From Acidobacteriota bacterium (GTDB lineage: Bacteria > Acidobacteriota > Terriglobia > 20CM-2-55-15): a DNA stretch of 51,096 bases. A program made the position numbers and the translations under genes. Positions within the stretch are counted from its first letter, which is position 1. Each line of letters begins with the position of its first letter. The DNA lies in NCBI GenBank assembly GCA_022821265.1, contig JAJEDW010000177.1:1-51096 (forward strand), read 5' to 3'. Positions 8,006 to 16,985 of this stretch are shown piece after piece. Under the pieces are notes generated by a model. It had not been told where the DNA came from and made no database searches. It was given only the letters and a program-made list of their open reading frames with translations.

Positions 8006-9679
8006 CTATTCCAGCGCGAACGCGAACAGGCCGGTGCCGGCGGCCACGGCCACGTACTGGCGCCCGTCGACCATGTAGGTCATCGGGCCGCTGTTGACTT
8101 GCCCGCCCAGCGAGATGCGCCATAGCAGCTCGCCGGTCTCCGCGTCCAGGGCGTAGAAGTAGCCTTCGCGGCCGCCGCTGAAAACCAGGTTCGACGCGGT
8201 CGACAGGACACCGGCCCAGGTGATGTCGTTCATCGCGTGCTGCCAGACCAGGTCCCCGGTGGCCGGATCGAAGGCCCGCACGGCGCCGTAGTAGTCCTGC
8301 CCGTCAGCGGGATCGAGCAGCTCCTCGAACGGCTCGCCCGCGCTCAGCGGCGCGCGCATGTTCGGCGAGATGTTGATGTTCCCCATCGGCGTGGGGTCCG
8401 TGGCGCGCGGGAACACGCCCTGCGTGGCCATCGTCCCGGTGTTCTCCCACGCGGGCACGTAGAACAGGCCGGTGACGGGACTGTAGGACGGCGGATACCA
8501 GTTCGTCGCTCCCAGCACCGTCGGCATGACCAGCACGGGCTCGTCGGGCCGCGGGATCGCGTCGGGGTTCAGGATGGGACGGCCGTCGGAGTCGAAGCCC
8601 GTGGTCCAGTTCACCTGCACGAACGGCTGGCCGTAGAGGAACTCGCCCGTCACCCGGTCGAGCATGTACATCAGCCCGTTCCGGTTGGCCCACAACATCA
8701 CCCGTCGGAGCTCGCCTTCCCACTCGACGTCGGCCAGCACGGGCACCTGCGTCGCGTCGTAGTCCATCTCGTCGTGCGGCGTGAACTGGTAGTACCACCG
8801 CAGCTCGCCGGTGTCGGCGTCGACGGCCACGACGCTGTCGCTGTACAGGTTGTCGCCCAACCGGTTGCGGCCGTCCCAGTCCGGCCACGGGTTGCCCGTG
8901 CCCCAGAACGTCAGGTTGGTTTCCGGATCGTACGCGCCCGTGTTCCAGATGGCGGCCCCGCCGACCTCCCATGCGGCCCGGCCCGAGTCGGGGTCGGTTC
9001 CGATCCAGGTCTCGTTGCCGGGCTCGCCCGCAGCGGGAATCGTGTGGAAGCGCCACACCTCCTCGCCCGTGTCGACGTCGTAGGCCGCCAGCAGCCCGCG
9101 AATCCCGCGGTCGCCGCCGGCCGTCCCCACCAGGGCCAGGTTCTTGATGACGAGCGGCGCGTGCGTGATCGCATAGCGTTCCGACGCCGGCGCCACTTCC
9201 GTCGTCCAGAGCCGGTCGCCGGTCTGGGCGTCGATGGCCACCAGGTGCGCGTCCAGCGTCCCCATCAGCAGCGTGTTTCCCGAAATCGCCAGTCCGCGGT
9301 TCACCCGGCCGCAGCAGTTGCCGCCCTCGGGCGCGTTCTGGTAAGGATGCGTCCAGATGGGGCGGCCCGTGGCGGCGTCGAGCGCGATGACGTCGTTCGG
9401 AGCCTGGATCGTGTACAGGACGCCGTCGACGACCAGCGCCGTCGTCTCGTACTTCTCCAGCGAACGGGCCTGATACACCCACTGGACTTCCAGGTCCTGG
9501 ACGTTGTCGCGGTCGACCTGAGCCAACGGGCTGTACCGCTGGCCGTCGTAGTTGCCCGAATAGGTCAACCAGTTCTCGGGTTCCTCGCCGGCGTTCAGGA
9601 GACGTTCGAACGTCACCTGGGCGTGGACGGTGCTTGCGGTCCCGGCGGCCAGAACCCAGAACAGGGCGTGTCGAATCAT
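8006..9679 (-). CDS. PQQ-dependent dehydrogenase, methanol/ethanol family (paralog 1)
   Basis: Sec signal MIRHALFWVLAAGTASTVHAQ, then WLTYSGNYDGQRYSPL, vicinal Cys (GGNCCGRVNRG), repeated DxxTGxxxW propeller motifs and PHDEMDYDAT. Start trimmed to ATG 9679, because the track ORF start at 9949 would overlap the upstream gene. Confidence 0.9.
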   Translation of the reverse strand: MIRHALFWVLAAGTASTVHAQVTFERLLNAGEEPENWLTYSGNYDGQRYSPLAQVDRDNVQDLEVQWVYQARSLEKYETTALVVDGVLYTIQAPNDVIALDAATGRPIWTHPYQNAPEGGNCCGRVNRGLAISGNTLLMGTLDAHLVAIDAQTGDRLWTTEVAPASERYAITHAPLVIKNLALVGTAGGDRGIRGLLAAYDVDTGEEVWRFHTIPAAGEPGNETWIGTDPDSGRAAWEVGGAAIWNTGAYDPETNLTFWGTGNPWPDWDGRNRLGDNLYSDSVVAVDADTGELRWYYQFTPHDEMDYDATQVPVLADVEWEGELRRVMLWANRNGLMYMLDRVTGEFLYGQPFVQVNWTTGFDSDGRPILNPDAIPRPDEPVLVMPTVLGATNWYPPSYSPVTGLFYVPAWENTGTMATQGVFPRATDPTPMGNINISPNMRAPLSAGEPFEELLDPADGQDYYGAVRAFDPATGDLVWQHAMNDITWAGVLSTASNLVFSGGREGYFYALDAETGELLWRISLGGQVNSGPMTYMVDGRQYVAVAAGTGLFAFALE

Positions 9680-9713
9680 GGCGTTGCCTGCCTTTCGAAT
9701 GGGATTCCCGGCG

Positions 9714-10802
9714 TCAGTCGTCCCGCCGGTCACGTCGATCGATTCGGCCCCGGATCTGCTCCACGAGCCGCTCCAGCGGCGGCCGCATGGGCGAGTCCGG
9801 ACGCCGCTCCAGGTAACTGGCCGCCTCGGCGAGCGCCTCGTCGAAACGCTCCTGTCGGGCGTACAGGTTGATGAGGACCAGCCGCACCTCGTCGTCCGCG
9901 GGGTCCAGCTCCAGCGCCAGGTCCAGCATGGCTTCGGCGCGATCCGCATCGCCGCGCGCGTACAGCGCCGCGCCGAGATAGTGGTGGGCGGTGGCGTCGG
10001 TCGGATCGTTGCGCACGGCCCTGTCCAGCGCGTCGACGGCCCGGTCGAAGCGTGCGCGCGCCCCGTCGGCGTCCCCGTCCTCGGTCAGCGCCTGGCCCTC
10101 CTGGTAGTGCAGGAAGCCCAGGTTCACCAGCGGCGGCGTGGACGCGGGACTCAACTCCAACGCCTTCTCCAGCGCGGCCTGCGCATCGCGGTAGCGATGG
10201 ACCCGCACGTACTGGCCGCCCAGGCTGTTCAGCGCCTCGTAGAAGTCCGGCGCCAGTTCCACGGCGCGCTCCAGGCGCGGGATCGCGCTCAGGTAAAGTC
10301 CCTGTCCGATCTCTTCCATCGCCCGGTCGTATTCGGCCCGGGCCTCGGCCGGGATCGCCGCCTCCAACTGGCGGACGTCCACGACGTCGTCCAACGGGTC
10401 CGGCGCCGGCGCCGGGCTCTCGACGCCTTCCAGGAAGACGATCAGCGGCGCGCCGCTGCGGATATCGGTCATGTGGTCCAGCCGTTCGCGAAACGGCCGG
10501 TGTCCCTCGTACTCGACGACGACGTAGTAGAACCGGCCGGGCTCCAGGACCACCGGCCGGAACTGGAACGCGCCGGAGGTCTCGGTGTAGGCGAAACCGA
10601 TGCGGTCGCCGCCGCTGCCCTCCAGGCGCACCTCGATGATCTCGTCGGGCTGGAGCGTGGAGTCCGCGATCACGCGGCCGGTCAGGCGGATCTGCGGCTG
10701 GATGGGCTCGGGCGCCTCTTCGTCCACGCCCCCGACTTGCGCAACGGACGTCGACGAGAGCGCCAGCGCGAGGGACGCCGCCCAGGTGGCCGGATGCCGC
10801 AT
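9714..10802 (-). CDS. secreted CarboxypepD_reg-like + TPR repeat protein (family copy 1)
   Basis: Start trimmed to ATG 10802 (MRHPATWAASLALALSSTSVAQ signal). The beta-sandwich-like N-domain (IRLTGRVIAD...FYYVVVEYEGHRPF) is followed by TPR helices. Clear paralog of 38668..39729. Confidence 0.75.
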   Translation of the reverse strand: MRHPATWAASLALALSSTSVAQVGGVDEEAPEPIQPQIRLTGRVIADSTLQPDEIIEVRLEGSGGDRIGFAYTETSGAFQFRPVVLEPGRFYYVVVEYEGHRPFRERLDHMTDIRSGAPLIVFLEGVESPAPAPDPLDDVVDVRQLEAAIPAEARAEYDRAMEEIGQGLYLSAIPRLERAVELAPDFYEALNSLGGQYVRVHRYRDAQAALEKALELSPASTPPLVNLGFLHYQEGQALTEDGDADGARARFDRAVDALDRAVRNDPTDATAHHYLGAALYARGDADRAEAMLDLALELDPADDEVRLVLINLYARQERFDEALAEAASYLERRPDSPMRPPLERLVEQIRGRIDRRDRRDD

Positions 10803-10865
10803 CCGTTCTAAATTGGCGTCGAGCCGCGGCGAAGTCAAGGTTTCGATCGCACGGAGCCCGTTCTC

Positions 10866-10894
10866 TTGACCCGGAACGGGGCCGTTGCTAACGT
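10866..10894 (+). promoter_or_regulatory. candidate sigma70-like promoter (TTGACC-N17-TAACGT) for the cytochrome c / PQQ dehydrogenase operon
   Basis: Hexamers read directly, with a 17-nt spacer, about 30-40 nt upstream of the start codons at 10922/10934. Sequence resemblance only. Confidence 0.3.
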
Positions 10895-10921
10895 CCATGG
10901 CGGCCGGGCGGCGCCCGGCCG

Positions 10922-11707
10922 ATGGGAGGCACCATGCGCCGACACGCCGCGGGGATCCTGCTTCTGACGCTAGCGGCCGCCGCATCCGGCCGGGGCCAGG
11001 CCGGACCCAACGACCGGCAGCGTCCGGACCCGGACGCGGCGGCCCGGGGCCGCAACGTCTACGTCGCGCGCTGCATCAACTGTCACGGCCTCGACGTGAA
11101 GGGTACGGAGAACGGCCCCAGCCTGATCCGGTCCGTCGCCGTGCTCCGCGACTTCGAGGGCAGCGAGATCGGCCCCGCGATGGCGGCGACGAACGTGCAC
11201 GCGGCCAACCTCGCCGAGGCGGAACGGGTCGACGTCTCCCATTTTCTCAAGCTGCAGATCGAAACCACGGCGCGCAACCGGAACCCGATGGAACCGCCCG
11301 ACGTCCTGACCGGCAACGCGGACGCCGGGCGCGCCTGGTTCAACGGCGAGGGCGGCTGCAACGCCTGCCACTCCGCCATCGGCGATCTGGCCGGTATCGG
11401 CGGCCGGTATCGGCCCTCCGATCTCCAGCAGCGTTTCCTCTTCCCGCGAGGCGGCGGGCGGCCGGAAACGCCGACCCTGGTCACGGTCACGCCATCCGGC
11501 GGAGCCGCCGTCAGCGGCACACTCGAGTTCCTGGACGACTTCGTCGTGTCCCTGACGGACGCCGACGGCGCCTATCGCTCGTTCCGGCGCACGCCGGAGC
11601 TGGTCGTCGAAACGGAGGACCCGTACCAGGCCCACTGGGACCTGCTCGACCGCATCACCGACGACGCCCTCCACGACGTGGTCACCTACCTGGAGACGCT
11701 GAAATGA
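10922..11707 (+). CDS. dihaem c-type cytochrome
   Basis: Two CxxCH motifs (CINCH, CNACH) and signal peptide MRRHAAGILLLTLAAAASG. The start may be ATG 10934 (GGGAGG just upstream). The stop overlaps the next gene's start (ATGA at 11704-11707). Confidence 0.85.
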   Translation: MGGTMRRHAAGILLLTLAAAASGRGQAGPNDRQRPDPDAAARGRNVYVARCINCHGLDVKGTENGPSLIRSVAVLRDFEGSEIGPAMAATNVHAANLAEAERVDVSHFLKLQIETTARNRNPMEPPDVLTGNADAGRAWFNGEGGCNACHSAIGDLAGIGGRYRPSDLQQRFLFPRGGGRPETPTLVTVTPSGGAAVSGTLEFLDDFVVSLTDADGAYRSFRRTPELVVETEDPYQAHWDLLDRITDDALHDVVTYLETLK

Positions 11708-13302
11708 CCCTGCTACGACTCACGCTGTCGATCGGCCTGCTCTCGGGCGCCGCGGCCGCGCAGGGGCTCGACCCGGCGACGTTGCTGGAGCCTCCGACCG
11801 AGGACTGGCCGACCTACAACGGCGACTACTCGGGACGGCGGTACAGCCCGCTGACGCACATCCACGACGGCAACGTCGGCGCGCTGAACCTCGCCTGGGT
11901 GCGCCGCCTGAACCCGGGGGCCGGCCCGCAGGGGGGCGGCGGATCCGCGGCCGCCGTCATCAAGGGCACGCCGCTGGTGATCAACGGCATCATGTACGTC
12001 ACGATTCCCGACCACGTGTGGGCCATCGACGCCCGGAACGGACGGCCGCTCTGGCACACGACCTGGGAGTCGGAAGGCGGCTGGCGCATCGGCAACCGCG
12101 GCGCCGGGGTCTGGAACGACACGCTGTTCGTCGAGACGCCCGATTGCCACCTCGTCGCGCTGGACCTGGCCGACGGGCGGGAGATGTGGCGCACGGAGAT
12201 CTGCGACCTGCAGCAGTTCTACTATGCCTCGGTCGCGCCCGTCATCGTGGGGGACCACGTCATCGTCGGCGTCAGCGGCGACGACCTCGACATCCCGGGC
12301 TACCTGTCCTCCTACCACCCGGTGACCGGCGAGATGGAGTGGCGCTGGTACACGCGCCCGGACCCCGGCGACCCGGAGGCCGCGACCTGGCCCAGCCTGG
12401 AGGCCATGCTGCACGGGGGCGGCATGACCTGGGTGCCGAGCACGTACGATCCGGAACTGAACCTGCTGTACCTGGGAACCGGGAATCCGCAGCCGGTCAT
12501 CGCCGGCCAGGGACGCGAGGGCGACAACCTGTACACCGAGTCTGTCGTGGCCCTCGATGTCGACACGGGCGAGCTGGCCTGGTACTTCCAGGTGTCGCCG
12601 CACGACACGCACGACTGGGACGCCGTCCAGACGCCGGTCCTGTTCGACGGCGAGCCCCGGAAGCTGGTGGCCCAGGCCAGCCGGAACGGGTGGTTCTTCG
12701 TCCTGGACCGCGAAACCGGCGAGAACCTTCTGTCGGTGGATTTCGTCGGCACCAACTGGTCGCTCGGCTTGGCCGAGGACGGGCGGCCGATCCCCAACCC
12801 GGCGAAGGAGCCGCAGACGGACGGGGCGCTGGTGTCGCCCGATCAGTACGGCGCGGTGAACTGGCCGCCGCCCAGCTTCAGCCCGGACACGGGGTTGTTC
12901 TACGCCAACGCGGCGCGCGCCTACAGCGTGTACTACCTGTGGGACGACGGCGACAACCCGAACGGCTGGGGCGGGAACGACCGCGGCGGCTACAGCATCC
13001 CGATGCTGCAGGCCATCGACTACCGGACGGGCGAGATCCGGTGGAGCCGCCGATGGGACGGGCGCGGGCGCGCCCGCTCGGGCCTGTTGTCGACGGCGGG
13101 AAACCTGCTGTTCGCCGGCGACACCGGCAACAACCTGGTGGCGCTGGACGCGGGCGACGGCGCGATCCTCTGGCACGCCGGCCTGCACACGCCGATGACG
13201 AACGGGCCGATCACCTACGCGCTGGACGGCGTCCAGTACGTCGTGGTCGGCGCCGGCGACTCGCTGTACGCCTTCGCGATGGAGGGCGGCCCGGAGAACT
13301 GA
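11704..13302 (+). CDS. PQQ-dependent dehydrogenase-like beta-propeller (paralog 2, no vicinal Cys pair)
   Basis: Start ATG 11704 (MTLLRLTLSIGLLSGAAAAQ signal), then WPTYNGDYSGRRYSPL, DxxxGxxxW repeats and PHDTHDWDAV. The first 273 codons of track ORF 10885..13302 are an artefactual extension across the cytochrome gene. Confidence 0.9.
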   Translation: MTLLRLTLSIGLLSGAAAAQGLDPATLLEPPTEDWPTYNGDYSGRRYSPLTHIHDGNVGALNLAWVRRLNPGAGPQGGGGSAAAVIKGTPLVINGIMYVTIPDHVWAIDARNGRPLWHTTWESEGGWRIGNRGAGVWNDTLFVETPDCHLVALDLADGREMWRTEICDLQQFYYASVAPVIVGDHVIVGVSGDDLDIPGYLSSYHPVTGEMEWRWYTRPDPGDPEAATWPSLEAMLHGGGMTWVPSTYDPELNLLYLGTGNPQPVIAGQGREGDNLYTESVVALDVDTGELAWYFQVSPHDTHDWDAVQTPVLFDGEPRKLVAQASRNGWFFVLDRETGENLLSVDFVGTNWSLGLAEDGRPIPNPAKEPQTDGALVSPDQYGAVNWPPPSFSPDTGLFYANAARAYSVYYLWDDGDNPNGWGGNDRGGYSIPMLQAIDYRTGEIRWSRRWDGRGRARSGLLSTAGNLLFAGDTGNNLVALDAGDGAILWHAGLHTPMTNGPITYALDGVQYVVVGAGDSLYAFAMEGGPEN

Positions 13303-13319
13303 CCCGGCCCGGCACCGTC

Positions 13320-15128
13320 TCAGTTGTCGACGGGCTCGGCCTCCGGCGCGTCTTCGTCGGCGTCCTCGGGTTCGACACCCTCGGGGATCGGAGCGTCCCC
13401 GTCGAGGACGAACGTCATCATGCGCGGCGGCGTCCGGTTCCCGGTGTCTCCGATGACGTTCTCGTCGCCCACCTGCCCGATGCCGCCCATCAGCGTGACG
13501 TGCTGCCGGCCGTCGACCAGGTACGTGATCGGCGGCCCCATCCCGCCGCCCAGGTTCGTGTCGACCTCGAGCAGCAGGTCGCCGGCGTCGGCCGACCAGG
13601 CGCGGAGCGTGCCGTCGTTGACGACCTGGAACACCAGGTTCCCGGCGGTCGAGAGCGTGCCCCCGCCGATGCCGCCGCCGCCCGGCCGGCGCCACGCCAT
13701 GGTCTGCGCCACGGGATCCCACGCGACCAAGGCGCCGCTTCTCGGGCCGTCGACGGGTTCCGGACCCACGGCCGGCAGGTCGTCGATCGGGTTCTCGGCC
13801 GTCGCGGGCCGCGCGGTCCCGGTGGTCTGCCCCGGCACGGGATCGAACTCCTCGACCGCCTGGAAGGTGAAGCTGCTGCGCGTCGTCGTCGGGATGTACA
13901 CCAGCCCCGTGTCGGGGTTGATCGACATCGGCGACCAGTTGTGCGCGCCGCCGGGCCCCGGCGATATCGTCACCGACGTCTCGGTGTCGTAGAACGCCTC
14001 GGGGTGGACCACCGGACGGCCCGTCTCGTAGTCGATGCCGCTCGCCCACGTGGCCCGCGCGAACGGCTCGGCCGAGATGAAGGCCCCCGTCACCCGATCG
14101 ATCACGTAGAAGAAGGCGTTCTTGTTCGCCTGCATGAGCACCTGGCGCTCGCGCCCGTCGATCACCAGGTCGGCCAGCATCAACTGCTGCACGCTGTCGT
14201 AGTCCCAGTTGTCGTTCGGGATGAACTGGTAGTGCCAGCGGTACTCGCCCGTGTCGGCGTCGACGGCGATGACCGCGCACGCGAACAGGTTGTCCAGGCC
14301 CGTCGCTCCGCGCCAGATCTCGGTCCAGGGCTCGGCGTTGCCCGTACCCACGTAGACCAGGTTCTCGTCCGGGTCGTAGGCGATGGCGTCCCAGACGGCG
14401 CCGCCGCCGCCGTACTGCCACCAGTTGCCGCCCCAGGTGTCGGCAGCCATCCGCATCGCGTCGTTCTCGAAGCCGTCGGCCGGGTTGCCGGGAACCGTGT
14501 AGAAGCGCCACGCGCGGCGCCCGGTCCGGGCGTCGGAGGCGTCGAAGTAACCGCGCATCGGGCGGTCGCCGCCGCTGACGCCGACGATCACCTTGTCGCC
14601 GGCGATGCGCGGCGCGATCGTGATCGTCGCCCACTCCTGCGGGTAGCCCACGCGGGCTTCCCAGACCGGTCTTCCGGTGTCCGCGTCGAGGGCGTGGAGC
14701 CGCCCGTCGATGATCGGCGCGATGACCAGGTCCTCGAACAGCGCCAAGCCGCGGTTCACGACCCCGCAGCAGATCTTGGGGCGCACGGCCATCCGGTTGA
14801 CTTCCGGATCCCACCGCCAGAGCTCTTCCCCCGTGCGCGCGTCGACGGCGAACACGACGCTCCAGTTCGTGATGGAGTACAGCACCCCGTTCCGTTCCAG
14901 CGGGGTCGCTTCCTGGTTTCCGCCCCCGGGGCCGACGTCCAGCGACCAGAGCAGGCCGAGACGGCCGACGTTGCCGTCGTCGATCTCATCGAGCGGGCTG
15001 TAGCGGGTCTCGCCGGGGGCGCCGCCGTAGCGCACCCAGTCGTCTCCGTCGGCCTGCCGGCCGATGATGGGCGGCGCATGCAGCGACAGGACGAGAGCGA
15101 GGACCGCGGTGACCGTCATGCGGTTCAT
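13320..15128 (-). CDS. PQQ-dependent dehydrogenase, methanol/ethanol family (paralog 3)
   Basis: ATG 15128 preceded by AAAGGAGA. Signal MNRMTVTAVLALVLSLHA, then WVRYGGAPGETRYSPL, ICCGVVNRG and PNDNWDYDSV. Acidic C-terminal tail. Confidence 0.9.
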   Translation of the reverse strand: MNRMTVTAVLALVLSLHAPPIIGRQADGDDWVRYGGAPGETRYSPLDEIDDGNVGRLGLLWSLDVGPGGGNQEATPLERNGVLYSITNWSVVFAVDARTGEELWRWDPEVNRMAVRPKICCGVVNRGLALFEDLVIAPIIDGRLHALDADTGRPVWEARVGYPQEWATITIAPRIAGDKVIVGVSGGDRPMRGYFDASDARTGRRAWRFYTVPGNPADGFENDAMRMAADTWGGNWWQYGGGGAVWDAIAYDPDENLVYVGTGNAEPWTEIWRGATGLDNLFACAVIAVDADTGEYRWHYQFIPNDNWDYDSVQQLMLADLVIDGRERQVLMQANKNAFFYVIDRVTGAFISAEPFARATWASGIDYETGRPVVHPEAFYDTETSVTISPGPGGAHNWSPMSINPDTGLVYIPTTTRSSFTFQAVEEFDPVPGQTTGTARPATAENPIDDLPAVGPEPVDGPRSGALVAWDPVAQTMAWRRPGGGGIGGGTLSTAGNLVFQVVNDGTLRAWSADAGDLLLEVDTNLGGGMGPPITYLVDGRQHVTLMGGIGQVGDENVIGDTGNRTPPRMMTFVLDGDAPIPEGVEPEDADEDAPEAEPVDN

Positions 15129-15188
15129 GGCGTCTCCTTTGGTATGTAGGGCGTACCGCACGGGGAGCGTATCAGAATAGTCGCGGCG

Positions 15189-16937
15189 TTACGCCTTCCG
15201 GATCCATCCGTAACGCCTGTGGCCGGGCTCCACGCCGAGCGCGGCGTAGTTCTCCTTGAACCGCGCCATGTTGTCGGCGACGAAGCCGGGCAGTTCCAGC
15301 GTCCGCTTCAGGCTGTCGGGCATCCGCTCGGCGTAGTCTTCGGGTACCGGGTTGTAGTCCGCGCCGGTATCGATCCCGTACAGGCGCGCCGAGTTCAGTC
15401 CCAGGATCCGGCGCTTGGCGTCCTCGGTCAGCTCGGGATACCCGTACCGCTCCCGCAGGTCCTCGGGGATCTGGAAGCGCCACATCGCGTCGATCTGCCA
15501 CTGCGGCGCCCCGTACCAGACCGAATCCGAGCCGAACACGATCCGGTCCGGCCCCATGAACTTCATGAGCTGTCCCATCAGGTGCGCCGCCACCGTCGGG
15601 AACGTGACCACCGACGAGGCCCAGGTCGTTCCCAACTCCGCGTACGTGTTCGGGTACGGCGCGACGAGTTGGGCGTACTCGGTGGTCCAGCGGATGTCGG
15701 GAACGCCCTCCCGGAGCTGACCCGACCGGACGTCCTCCAGCGCGTCGTACATGAAGAACGCGGGCTGTATGCAGGCGTGATAGGTGATGAAGTTCAGCTC
15801 GGGCCAGTCGCCGGCCGCCTTGGGCAGGTCCGCCGGGTGGCCGATCTCGGGGCGCACCGGCTCGGCGTTGGTCAGGCCCTTGTGCACGCAGATGTTGTTG
15901 AAGCCGGGTTTTCGGGCCCGCTGGCTTGCGTAGGCGTCGCGGATCAGCTCGAACGTCGGATAGGCGACCTCCTCGTCGTCGTGGCGCCACTGCCGCATCG
16001 GGCTCATGGGGTCGTCGTCCACCTTGGCGGCGTTCGACACGTTGTAGCCCTTCCAGGAATCCGGCTCGTTCTCCTCGATCTGCCGCCGGATGTAGTCGAG
16101 ATTGCCGCGGCCCACGTACAGCAGGCCGTGCGCCAGCATGCGCGTCGACCCGGAGACCTCGTTGACGAAGTCCCGCGCCGCTGCGGTCTGCCCGGCCGTG
16201 AGCATCTCGCCGGCCAGCGCTTCCTCGGCGTTCACGGGCGGGCGCGGGGCTTGGCCCTCCGGCGTGACGACGCTCGCCGTGACGTTGCTGAGCAGGCCGA
16301 CGTGGACCTGGCTGTCGAGATAGACGTCGCGGATGAACTGCGTGATCAGGAAGTTCTCGGGCCGGTTCGGCAGGCCGACCAGCGCAGGGTTCCAGACGCC
16401 CCAGACGTCGCCGTTCTCGTCGGGGAGACCGTTCGGGTTCATCGCGTTCCGCGGCGCTCCCGACGACGGCCCCTGCGCCAGCGCGCGCAGCCCCATCCCC
16501 GCCGCCCCGCGCGTGCCGCGGACCAGGTGCAACTGATCGTCGAAGACGAACAGATCGCCGGGTGTTCCCGCCTGCGCGTAGGCCGCGCTCTCGAACATCT
16601 CGATCGGCTTCACGTCGAAGAAGCGCCCGAACACCTCGTTCATCACGATGAACGCCGCCGCCATGCCGCCGGTGCCGGCGAGAAACCGCCGCCGGTCGAT
16701 GCCCAGCTTCCGGCTGGCCGCCTCGCTCAGCTCCCGGATCCGGTGCTCCACCTGTTTCTGGCGCTTCGACTGCGGGGCCGGCATGTACTCGCCGTTCGAC
16801 ACCATCCGGGTGGGTATGGGGGACGGAAAGACGCCCGCCTCGTGCGCGCGCTCGCACCGGGCTTGCTGCTCCGCGTCGAGCCAGGCATGGTCGTCCTCCC
16901 AGAACCGGCCTTTCTCGTTCCACTGTTCCCTGCTCAT
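15189..16937 (-). CDS. amidohydrolase-family (Amidohydro_2-like TIM-barrel) protein with an ~80-aa N-terminal extension before a twin-arginine/TM segment
   Basis: ATG 16937 preceded by ACAGGAGG. IDRRRFLAGTGGMAAAFIV begins at residue 80. C-terminal region with FGSDSVWYG. The product call is from overall family resemblance and needs HMM confirmation. Confidence 0.7.
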   Translation of the reverse strand: MSREQWNEKGRFWEDDHAWLDAEQQARCERAHEAGVFPSPIPTRMVSNGEYMPAPQSKRQKQVEHRIRELSEAASRKLGIDRRRFLAGTGGMAAAFIVMNEVFGRFFDVKPIEMFESAAYAQAGTPGDLFVFDDQLHLVRGTRGAAGMGLRALAQGPSSGAPRNAMNPNGLPDENGDVWGVWNPALVGLPNRPENFLITQFIRDVYLDSQVHVGLLSNVTASVVTPEGQAPRPPVNAEEALAGEMLTAGQTAAARDFVNEVSGSTRMLAHGLLYVGRGNLDYIRRQIEENEPDSWKGYNVSNAAKVDDDPMSPMRQWRHDDEEVAYPTFELIRDAYASQRARKPGFNNICVHKGLTNAEPVRPEIGHPADLPKAAGDWPELNFITYHACIQPAFFMYDALEDVRSGQLREGVPDIRWTTEYAQLVAPYPNTYAELGTTWASSVVTFPTVAAHLMGQLMKFMGPDRIVFGSDSVWYGAPQWQIDAMWRFQIPEDLRERYGYPELTEDAKRRILGLNSARLYGIDTGADYNPVPEDYAERMPDSLKRTLELPGFVADNMARFKENYAALGVEPGHRRYGWIRKA

Positions 16938-16985
16938 CGTGCCTCCTGTATCCGGGTCATGGCGCCGCTGGATCCGAACGCCGGC

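Noticed and set aside
7966-8008. The PQQ dehydrogenase 1 stop (TAG) is in frame with the downstream CPBP protease ORF. Likewise 18998 TAG is in frame with the tannase gene.
   Set aside because: There is a one-in-three chance for each. The downstream genes have their own starts and N-terminal signal/TM segments, and the short spacers are not coding-like. Treated as coincidence.
11713-15149. Very long ORFs on the opposite strand or in other frames of the PQQ genes (11713..14814 minus, 1033 aa; 12018..15149 plus, 1043 aa). Similar giants occur elsewhere (46197..50261, 31995..34640, 26680..28995, 42637..44160, 35355..36596).
   Set aside because: They are Arg/Gly/Pro/Ala/Asp-rich with no motifs. 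They fully overlap genes that have strong family signatures, signal peptides and RBSs. Such shadow ORFs are the expected absence of stop codons in ~70% GC DNA.
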